Below, piece by piece: positions 17,644-25,056 of a DNA stretch of 64,000 bases. The notes under the pieces were generated by a model. The model had not been told where the DNA came from. It worked only from the letters and a program-made list of their open reading frames with translations, and searched no databases. Numbering within the stretch: position 1 is the first letter of the stretch; every line of letters begins with the position of its first letter. Source of the DNA: Candidatus Gottesmanbacteria bacterium RIFCSPHIGHO2_01_FULL_46_14 (GTDB lineage: Bacteria > Patescibacteriota > Microgenomatia > UBA10105 > UBA927); the NCBI GenBank assembly GCA_001780895.1, contig MFJJ01000010.1, forward strand, positions 898-64,897. Reading direction: 5' to 3'. The translations under genes were made by a program, and so were the position numbers.

Positions 17644-18681
17644 ATGACACAAGATCTTCTCCTTATAATTTTTTCTATTCTTTTGGGATTTGGGGCACTT
17701 ATTTGGATTATCAGGCGCGAACTAGGCAAGCTTAGCGAGTCGAAGGATGATTCGACCTTAACAGAATGGCTCAAGTCGATGCAGATTTCGATTGAGCATA
17801 CCAATAAAACATTAAACGAAGCGATGCGCGGATCGACCAGTGACGTCGCAAAATTATTACAAGCAAATACGAAACAGCTCAACGAACGTTTGGATACGGC
17901 AGCCAACGTGATCGGCGATCTCAAAAAAAATTTGGGAGAAATGAGCGAAGTTGGCCGCGGTATCAAAAGCTTGCAGGAATTTCTTCAATCACCAAAACTT
18001 CGCGGCAACATCGGCGAACAGGTCTTGCAGGATATGATCGGACAGACGTTTCCGAAAAACTCGTTTCACCTCCAGTATTCTTTTAAGTCCGGCGTCAAAG
18101 TCGATGCCGTCCTCAAAACTGACGCAGGACTTCTCTGTATCGACTCGAAGTTTCCCATGGAAAACTTCAACGTGATGCATAAAGGAGAAACCGAAGCAGA
18201 TCGGGCACGTGCAAAGCGGGAATTTATGGCAGATGTCAAAAAGCACGTGAGCGATATTGCCAAGAAATATATATTGCCCGAAGAAGGCACGATGGATTTT
18301 GCGCTCATGTATATTCCCTCGGAAGGCGTCTACTACGAAATTGCCAACATGAATGAGCTCATGGAATTTGCTCGAAAGCAGCGGGTCTACCCCGTCTCCC
18401 CCAATACGCTCTACGCGCACCTTCAAGTTCTTCTTCTCAGTTTTCAGGGAAAAGATTTAGAACAAAAATCAAAACAGGTGTTTCAGCTGCTTCGCGCGAT
18501 ACAAAAAGATTACGGGAAGGTAGAAGAAAATCTCGGTGTTCTCGGCCGCCACGTCAATAACGCATATAACAGCATGAGTACGGTGACTTCAACATTCGGA
18601 CTTCTCGGCCAAAAACTCTCGCAAACCAACACGCTCGGAGACGGCAATGAAGAAGAAAGTCAGCTAAAAATAGAGGGATAA
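17644..18681 (+). CDS. rmuC: DNA recombination protein RmuC
   Basis: N-terminal TM helix, coiled-coil region, and a C-terminal RmuC nuclease-like region (GEQVLQDMIGQTFPKN...DAVLKTDAGLLCIDSKFP). Confidence 0.65.
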   Translation: MTQDLLLIIFSILLGFGALIWIIRRELGKLSESKDDSTLTEWLKSMQISIEHTNKTLNEAMRGSTSDVAKLLQANTKQLNERLDTAANVIGDLKKNLGEMSEVGRGIKSLQEFLQSPKLRGNIGEQVLQDMIGQTFPKNSFHLQYSFKSGVKVDAVLKTDAGLLCIDSKFPMENFNVMHKGETEADRARAKREFMADVKKHVSDIAKKYILPEEGTMDFALMYIPSEGVYYEIANMNELMEFARKQRVYPVSPNTLYAHLQVLLLSFQGKDLEQKSKQVFQLLRAIQKDYGKVEENLGVLGRHVNNAYNSMSTVTSTFGLLGQKLSQTNTLGDGNEEESQLKIEG

Positions 18682-18695
18682 CGATTCCGTTGGAT

Positions 18696-18725
18696 ATGTT
18701 ACTATGTTTCGAAACAAGATAACAT
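18696..18725. repeat. degenerate copy of the 30-bp palindrome ATGTTACTATGTTTCGAAACATAGTAACAT
   Basis: ATGTTACTATGTTTCGAAACAAGATAACAT has about 3 mismatches in the right arm. It sits 3 nt beyond the stop of the P-loop kinase gene. Confidence 0.7.
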
Positions 18726-18728
18726 GAA

Positions 18729-19244
18729 TCATCGGAAGTATTCGTGTATCCACGATTCAATCGACAATGATCCATCATAGGAAATGACATGCTCATCAGG
18801 TGTTGGAGGTTGAAAGTTATCTGCAACCTCGGTAAAATCTTCGTCTCGAACATCATATCGTTCTTTGGTTTGTCTATTGCTTTGCCAACGTTGTCTTGCG
18901 ACTGACTCGGGAATGTTTACATAAATAACTATTGAATCAGTTCCGACTTTTTCAGCTATAGCACGGAGTTTGTCTCTTTGTTCTCGCGTAAAATTAGCCG
19001 TATCGTTGATAACTGTTCTACCCTCACGTAAACGTAGTTCTGTTCGTTCATAAGAAATTCGGTATGTTTCTTTCCAATCCTCATTGGAAATTTCATCATT
19101 GCTGAGTTCTCTTAAACCTCGTTCACTATTGATTTCATCCAAATCTACGCGAACCCACCCGAAGTGCTTAACGAGTTCGTTGGCAAGAGTTGTCTTTCCT
19201 GCAAATGGTAAGCCGCAAAATATAAGAAGCACAGTCTCGTTCAT
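18729..19244 (-). CDS. P-loop kinase / AAA-type ATP-binding protein (zeta-toxin / polynucleotide-kinase-like fold)
   Basis: Walker A motif GLPFAGKTTLANEL. 171 aa with no other domain. Bracketed by 30-bp palindromes. Confidence 0.5.
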   Translation of the reverse strand: MNETVLLIFCGLPFAGKTTLANELVKHFGWVRVDLDEINSERGLRELSNDEISNEDWKETYRISYERTELRLREGRTVINDTANFTREQRDKLRAIAEKVGTDSIVIYVNIPESVARQRWQSNRQTKERYDVRDEDFTEVADNFQPPTPDEHVISYDGSLSIESWIHEYFR

Positions 19245-19250
19245 GAGATT

Positions 19251-19280
19251 ATGTTACTATGTTTCGAAACATAGTAACAT
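19251..19280. repeat. 30-bp perfect palindrome ATGTTACTATGTTTC|GAAACATAGTAACAT (putative operator, shared by divergent genes)
   Basis: Perfect 15+15 inverted repeat, 7 nt upstream of the kinase start and 17 nt upstream of the TrpR-like gene start. Confidence 0.8.
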
Positions 19281-19296
19281 AAGGCTGTAGGATTGT

Positions 19297-19737
19297 ATGA
19301 CGCAAATATCAAAATATCCTCTACGAAAAGAAATTGAGAATCGGATGCTTGAGGTTTTTCTTGATAGCATAGGGATGGTAAAAACCCGAGAACACGTCCA
19401 GAAACTCATTGATGATCTCTTCTCTCCTACCGAGCGCGTAATGCTCGCAAAACGCCTGTCTATAGCACTGTTGCTTCTTAAGAAATATGATCAGAGGACG
19501 GTAGCAAGAATACTCAACGTAAGCTTAGGAACGGTAAATAAAGTGAGCTTAGCGCTTCAGAAAGGAAATGGAGGGTATGAATTGGTCGTTAATTCTATAG
19601 TTCGACAGGAGAAATTTCACGCGTTTTTAGAGAAAATCGATGAAACACTCGTAGATATCGTTACCACGGGTCATTCTCTTCCTAATTGGCGTCGCGTGCG
19701 GTGGGAAACGAAAATCCGCAATCGAAAGCCTTACTAA
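19297..19737 (+). CDS. TrpR/YerC/YecD-like DNA-binding protein
   Basis: SPTERVMLAKRLSIALLL...QRTVARILNVSLGTVNKVS, a TrpR-like HTH of the YerC/YecD family. 146 aa. Confidence 0.55.
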   Translation: MTQISKYPLRKEIENRMLEVFLDSIGMVKTREHVQKLIDDLFSPTERVMLAKRLSIALLLLKKYDQRTVARILNVSLGTVNKVSLALQKGNGGYELVVNSIVRQEKFHAFLEKIDETLVDIVTTGHSLPNWRRVRWETKIRNRKPY

Positions 19738-19740
19738 CAC

Positions 19741-19770
19741 ATGTTACTATGTTTCGAAACATAGTAACAT
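19741..19770. repeat. 30-bp perfect palindrome, third copy
   Basis: Identical to 19251..19280. Starts 4 nt after the stop of the TrpR-like gene. Confidence 0.8.
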
Positions 19771-19825
19771 AAAAATGTAAAGCATAGGAAGATAAGTTTT
19801 TTTTGATGAATGCTATACTTAAGAT

Positions 19826-20113
19826 ATGGCAGATATTACCCAGATGTGTACGAAATGCGGGAAGAAATTTTTGATAATTAGTCAGGAACAGGAATTTCTT
19901 AAAAAGAAAAATTTGCCTCTTCCGACGCTATGCCCTTCAGATCGACAGGCAAGGCGTCTTGATGACCGCGGAGAACGAACGCTATATAAAACAACTTGTC
20001 AGGAATGTGGCGCGAACATGATTGCCTCGTATGATCCCGCAAAAGAGAAGAGTAAAATTTTTTGTAAAAATTGTTACCGGAAGTATTTCGAAACACACGA
20101 GTTGGTATCATGA
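19826..20113 (+). CDS. zinc-ribbon protein
   Basis: 95 aa with CTKC...CQEC...CKNC pairs. Its stop overlaps the ATG of the next gene (ATGA). Confidence 0.45.
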   Translation: MADITQMCTKCGKKFLIISQEQEFLKKKNLPLPTLCPSDRQARRLDDRGERTLYKTTCQECGANMIASYDPAKEKSKIFCKNCYRKYFETHELVS

Positions 20114-21006
20114 CAGCTGAAGAATTTTACTCTCAGTATCTCGTTCTCAAACATTCTCTTCCCCAGTCTGCTACGCATAGTCATAGCAACGAAAACTCAG
20201 AGTATGTAAGTTACAGTTACCGATGCAAGAATTGTTACTATTGCTTTGATTGTGTCGATTGTAGAAACTGTTTGTATTGTTTCGATTGCGTACGCAGTAA
20301 CGATTGTCTAGATGGTGATTATTGCGTTGAGTGCGAGCAACTCTACGAGTCTGTTGATGCATATCGCTGCTACAACAGTGCGTTTCTCAACTACTGTGCA
20401 CGGGTTTATGACAGCTATTTTTGTCGCAATTGTTTTGACAGTCACAATCTTTTCGGATGTGCCGATCTCAAGCAAAAACAATATTGCATTTTTAACAAGC
20501 AATATACAAAAGAAGAATACGAAAAACAGGTTATAGAGTTATTGAAAATCGTACCCAAAGAGCATCTGAAAAAATTGAATGAACTCGCGAGTCAACATCC
20601 TATTGGTCCGACGTACGTCTCGAACTCCGAAAACAGTGACTATGGCAATCAAGTGCACTACTGCACGAGCTGTTATCTTTGTTTCGACACTGCTCGAAGT
20701 AATGACTTAGCATATTCATACGATACGGCATACTGTACAAATTCAATGGATTTGACATACTGCTACAAAGCAGAACTCTGTTACGAGTGTACCGATAGTT
20801 CAAAGATTTATAACTGTGATTTTATCGAGTGGTCGAGCGAGTGCTTTGATAGCGCGTATTTAACCAATTGCAAAGATTGCCATAATTGTTTTGGCTGTGT
20901 AGAAGTTGCGCATAAACGGTTTTGTATTCTCAATAAGCAATATTCGCAAGAAGACTATAAAAAGGTAGTTAGCGAAATTGTGGTTTCTAGACAAGCGGTT
21001 CACTAA
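20110..21006 (+). CDS. Cys-rich tandem-duplicated protein (Cys every third residue: CxxCxxCFDCxxC...), unknown family
   Basis: About 33 Cys in about 298 aa. Two homologous modules of roughly 110 aa, each ending C(I)FNKQY(T/S)xE(E/D)YxK. Start trimmed to ATG 20110 (ORF track begins at 20071). Confidence 0.5.
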   Translation: MTAEEFYSQYLVLKHSLPQSATHSHSNENSEYVSYSYRCKNCYYCFDCVDCRNCLYCFDCVRSNDCLDGDYCVECEQLYESVDAYRCYNSAFLNYCARVYDSYFCRNCFDSHNLFGCADLKQKQYCIFNKQYTKEEYEKQVIELLKIVPKEHLKKLNELASQHPIGPTYVSNSENSDYGNQVHYCTSCYLCFDTARSNDLAYSYDTAYCTNSMDLTYCYKAELCYECTDSSKIYNCDFIEWSSECFDSAYLTNCKDCHNCFGCVEVAHKRFCILNKQYSQEDYKKVVSEIVVSRQAVH

Positions 21007-23173
21007 ATGCTTGTGCTTTTGCCTCAGCGACCGATGGTATGCCAGATTCTTCAAGCAGCCCAATCTCTTTTTCCACTTCAGATCTCGGACGTGCGAATCG
21101 CTCGCGGGACGTTCGCACGATATCGTTTGCAAGATCCTCGTCGGGTTTGGGGAAATTAAGCGTGCGGCCGGAAAACGGTGGAGCGGTTTGCCCATCGATC
21201 GTCATTTTTACGTAGAAATTTCGCATATCTAAATTGAGAAAATCTTTTGGCGAAAAGGTTGGCGTATATTCTTTTTCAAGAACTGCTGCGTCTTCGCCGC
21301 CGACGCGAAATGAAACAATACTTCCGATATTACCAAATATGGTGGAGCGGACTTCTTCCGGCAGTTGCATCATATACTGGTGCGCAACTGTGAGATTCAA
21401 GCGATATTTTCTGGCTTCCGAAAGAATATTCGAGAAAGCGCTTGTGGCGAAATTTTGAAACTCGTCGATATACAAGTAAGTATCTTTTCTGTCCTCTTCT
21501 GCTAAACTTGCCCGAGCAACCGCTGCTTGCCAAAGCTTGGTAATAAACATTGCACCCAGTAGCGCGCTATTTTCCTCGCCCAACTTTCCGATTGCAAAAT
21601 TGGCAATAAGAATTTTTTCGCCGTTTATGATTTCGTCGAGTTTAACAGAACTTTTTGTTTGACCAACAATATTTCTGATAATCGGGTTGGCGACAAATTG
21701 ACCGACTTTATTGATAATCGGCGTAATTGCTTCGCCGGCAAATTGCTCGTTCCACGACGAAAACTCCGTCGTCCAGAATTTTTTTACCAAGGGATCCTGA
21801 ATTTTGGCGATAATTTCCTGTCGATAGCGGATATCAGAAAGCATATTGGTAATGCCCAATACCGTTGCACCGGGAACATCAAGAAGTGCGAGCGTTGTGT
21901 AGCGAAGCACGTGTTCTAATCGTTGATTCCAGGTGAATGAAAATAACTTCTTAAATATTGCGATAAATCCAGCAACGACAGTTTGCTTAAACTCATACGT
22001 CCCTACTCCTTCGAGCGGATTGAAACTCATGGGGTAGTCAATATCAGAAGGATTAAAATACACAACGTCGTAGAGTCTCTCTCTGGGAATATAGCGAAGC
22101 ATTTCTTCGGAAAGATCGCCGTGCGGGTCCATGATGACGCAGCCTTTTCCCTGTCGAATATCAGCAAGAGCGAGAAGTTGGATGAGTTTACTTTTTCCGA
22201 CCCCAGTTTTTCCGATGATGTAGAGATGTTTTCTTCGATCTTCTCGCTTAATACCAAACTCCGTCGAAACTCCCCGAAAATTGGTGGTGGCAAAAGGAAT
22301 AATTGCGGGTTTGGTGGGCAAATTTATCGGCGGCTCGGCGGTTTTCGATTTGGCTACTGATACTTGCGCGATACCGGAGGAGGCTAGGGGCAAGTGATAC
22401 ATCGTTGCCAGTTCATCTCCTCCCAAAAGAAATGGTTTTGGCGAGGCGGTACGCTGCCGGAACGCATCGACTGCGCGGGGATTACTGCCACGCTTCCAGA
22501 TTTTGAGTGAGTTGAGATTTGGGTTATCGAGGATTTTAAAGAGTGCAGAAACTGATGAGGCGAGCAGTTCCGATTTTGTATCCGCGCTTGCCGCAATGCG
22601 AATTGTTGTCGAAAACAGCGATTTGTGCAATTTTTCTGTCTCCTTTTCCTGAAGTAGTTCCCGCATGGAAGAATTTTTCCTCATGCTTTGTCTCCATGAA
22701 GTGCGAAGCATTTCGCGAAATTTGAATGAAAGTGACTCATTGTTTACCGGGCTTACGATGACTTGAATGCCAATGAGGTCATTGCCGGAAATACTTGATG
22801 CCATTCCGGATAAAGCGGACAGAAAATCAGTTTCGAGTTCCTTATACGTTTTGATGGGATAGGCATCCGGCCGTTCTAATTTTAGGATTATCACGTGTGA
22901 CGAAAGAGAGAGCGAGCCGGTGTAGTCGGTAACCTCAACGATTTCGAGCGTTGGATACTGGGAAAATAACTGTCCGCGGACGATATCGACGTTGCTTCGT
23001 TCGGTGACGACAAAAAAATACAAGAATCCGCCGCGCACCACAATCTCAAATGAGAGTGTGGCGGGGTGATGGCGAAAAAGTTCGGAAAGCCCTGTAAATA
23101 TGGCCTCCGCTGCCACCGGCCCCCGGTCATTTTCCCTGGGGACTTTAAGATGCAGGACAACAGGCGCGTTCAT
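20987..23173 (-). CDS. TraD/VirD4/HerA-FtsK superfamily P-loop ATPase with about 300-aa N-terminal domain
   Basis: Walker A IIGKTGVGKSKL, then the CVIMDPHGDL motif typical of coupling-protein/DUF87-like ATPases, then a Walker B-like LYIDEFQNF. 728 aa. Confidence 0.5.
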   Translation of the reverse strand: MNAPVVLHLKVPRENDRGPVAAEAIFTGLSELFRHHPATLSFEIVVRGGFLYFFVVTERSNVDIVRGQLFSQYPTLEIVEVTDYTGSLSLSSHVIILKLERPDAYPIKTYKELETDFLSALSGMASSISGNDLIGIQVIVSPVNNESLSFKFREMLRTSWRQSMRKNSSMRELLQEKETEKLHKSLFSTTIRIAASADTKSELLASSVSALFKILDNPNLNSLKIWKRGSNPRAVDAFRQRTASPKPFLLGGDELATMYHLPLASSGIAQVSVAKSKTAEPPINLPTKPAIIPFATTNFRGVSTEFGIKREDRRKHLYIIGKTGVGKSKLIQLLALADIRQGKGCVIMDPHGDLSEEMLRYIPRERLYDVVYFNPSDIDYPMSFNPLEGVGTYEFKQTVVAGFIAIFKKLFSFTWNQRLEHVLRYTTLALLDVPGATVLGITNMLSDIRYRQEIIAKIQDPLVKKFWTTEFSSWNEQFAGEAITPIINKVGQFVANPIIRNIVGQTKSSVKLDEIINGEKILIANFAIGKLGEENSALLGAMFITKLWQAAVARASLAEEDRKDTYLYIDEFQNFATSAFSNILSEARKYRLNLTVAHQYMMQLPEEVRSTIFGNIGSIVSFRVGGEDAAVLEKEYTPTFSPKDFLNLDMRNFYVKMTIDGQTAPPFSGRTLNFPKPDEDLANDIVRTSRERFARPRSEVEKEIGLLEESGIPSVAEAKAQAFSEPLV

Positions 23174-23219
23174 GAGCGTATTGTATCAGAACGCACTCAC
23201 ACGATGCTATAATTGCGCT

Positions 23220-23792
23220 ATGAAAAATATGCTTATTCTTCATGGTATTGGGGGAAGCTTTGGACTCAATTGGTATCAATATATCGCCAGAGAAGCTGAA
23301 GCTAATGGCTATAAGGTGTACGTCCCGCAATTACCATCCACAGATAGGCCGAATCTTAACGTCACGTACGAATTCTTACAAAAGACATCTTCTTTTGACA
23401 AGGAGACAATTCTTATTGGTCACTCATCTGGTGCTAGTTTGTCACTGGGGATTTTACAGTTGCTCCCCAAGGATATTGTAATTAAGCGTACGATTTTGGT
23501 AGCTGGATTTATTGACCCCAATCTTACACCCGAGCTTCACAAATATATTCCCCGGTCCGACTATGCTCATTTGTTTCCTAAAATGTGGGATTGGGACAAA
23601 ATTCGAAAATCTTCAAAAGATTTTATTATTTTTTATTCCCCTCAAGATCCGTTTATTCAGTCACGACATGCCGAGACTCTTGAAAAGAATCTTAATGGCA
23701 AACTAATCCTAGTTTCAGACGCGCTTCATTTTAGTGTTGCATCGGGTGGAGAACGATTTAGAGAGTTTCCAGAACTTCTGAAGTACATCTAA
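23220..23792 (+). CDS. RBBP9/YdeN-like serine hydrolase (alpha/beta fold)
   Basis: ILHGIGGS...W start, GHSSGA nucleophile elbow, about 190 aa. Start trimmed to MKNMLILHG. Confidence 0.55.
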   Translation: MKNMLILHGIGGSFGLNWYQYIAREAEANGYKVYVPQLPSTDRPNLNVTYEFLQKTSSFDKETILIGHSSGASLSLGILQLLPKDIVIKRTILVAGFIDPNLTPELHKYIPRSDYAHLFPKMWDWDKIRKSSKDFIIFYSPQDPFIQSRHAETLEKNLNGKLILVSDALHFSVASGGERFREFPELLKYI

Positions 23793-25027
23793 TTTTTCCG
23801 GTAAATTTTTCCCGAAGACACTTCGTTAACTTCTTTGTAATTATTGTTGATGTAGGTTTGTATTTGAATGAGGTTTCGGAAATTTGAGGGGATGGGTTGG
23901 GGAATCACAATAATTTCTATATGTTCAGATTCCAGGCGATTGATGATTTGTTGTTCATAATCCGGAAAAAATTGCTGGAAGATTTGAAAGTGAATAGGAA
24001 AATAGGTCGGCGGGAGTTGGTCGCGAATCATATAGAGTTCGTAAAATTCACCGAAGACATAGAATTTTTTGTCAAGATAATATGCGACATTTGCGAGTGT
24101 TGCAACTCTTTTCGATTGATCCCGTTCTTTAGCAAGAACGCTATAGCGATAATTTATTTGTCTCGTGAGTGCGATAGATAATAGCAGGAGTCCTAAACCT
24201 ACGAATAGTTTGTATCTGCGTGATGCTGATGTAAATACCAATCCGATGAAGAGAACAAAAAAAGTCGCCATTGGTACGAGGTGTTCTTTACCATAGGTAA
24301 GACGCAGGAATACCAAAGAGACCAGCATAAACGTAAACGGCAAGATGCTTTTTGTGGCACGAGATCGAATTGCCGTATAGAGACTCAACAAAAGTACTCC
24401 TGACGCAGTCACGAGTATACGCTTATCCCCTATCGGAAGGCCTTCGTAGTATTTAAAAAGAAACTGATTAAACATAAATAAATCTGATATAAGAGGCGAT
24501 AGTCCTCCGATTATCCAATACGTTATACATACAACAACCCACATGAAGCCGGTGACCAGAACCGGAACGAGACTTTTTTTGTATATACCAATGGGCAGCA
24601 GAATGAGTACGGCAGTTGGTTTGATGAACGACGCTAGCCCTACAAGGAATCCAATCAAAACTGGGGATGATTTTTGTGTGAGCGCTCTATAGGTTAGTAG
24701 GTAAAATACGGTGATAACGCCTTCGTACCAAAAGTAATTTTCTGATACAAAGACAGATACGAGTACGAAAAAGACTGTCATGAGGTGGTTACGCAAAATT
24801 TTGTATACGAGAATGGTACTCAGAAGCTGGGTAAGTATGTAGAACGTATTTCCAGCAATGATGGTAAGCGCATAGGAGAGAAGAAACCCATGATTATCAA
24901 AAAAATCCCGATACGGTACCAACCCTTTGGAGACAAGCCAGGGCAGAAACGAGAGTTCAGGCCAGATGTGAATAGGCAGAGATAATAAAAAAGTGAGATG
25001 AACTAAAATAATTATCAGAAGAACCAT
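23789..25027 (-). CDS. polytopic membrane protein, putative GT-C-like glycosyltransferase
   Basis: At least 10 TM helices. Start trimmed to MVLLIII (25027) so it does not overlap the divergent helicase gene. Confidence 0.35.
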   Translation of the reverse strand: MVLLIIILVHLTFLLSLPIHIWPELSFLPWLVSKGLVPYRDFFDNHGFLLSYALTIIAGNTFYILTQLLSTILVYKILRNHLMTVFFVLVSVFVSENYFWYEGVITVFYLLTYRALTQKSSPVLIGFLVGLASFIKPTAVLILLPIGIYKKSLVPVLVTGFMWVVVCITYWIIGGLSPLISDLFMFNQFLFKYYEGLPIGDKRILVTASGVLLLSLYTAIRSRATKSILPFTFMLVSLVFLRLTYGKEHLVPMATFFVLFIGLVFTSASRRYKLFVGLGLLLLSIALTRQINYRYSVLAKERDQSKRVATLANVAYYLDKKFYVFGEFYELYMIRDQLPPTYFPIHFQIFQQFFPDYEQQIINRLESEHIEIIVIPQPIPSNFRNLIQIQTYINNNYKEVNEVSSGKIYRKN

Positions 25028-25056
25028 TTTTCTGTTGGGAGTATAATGACCGAACC

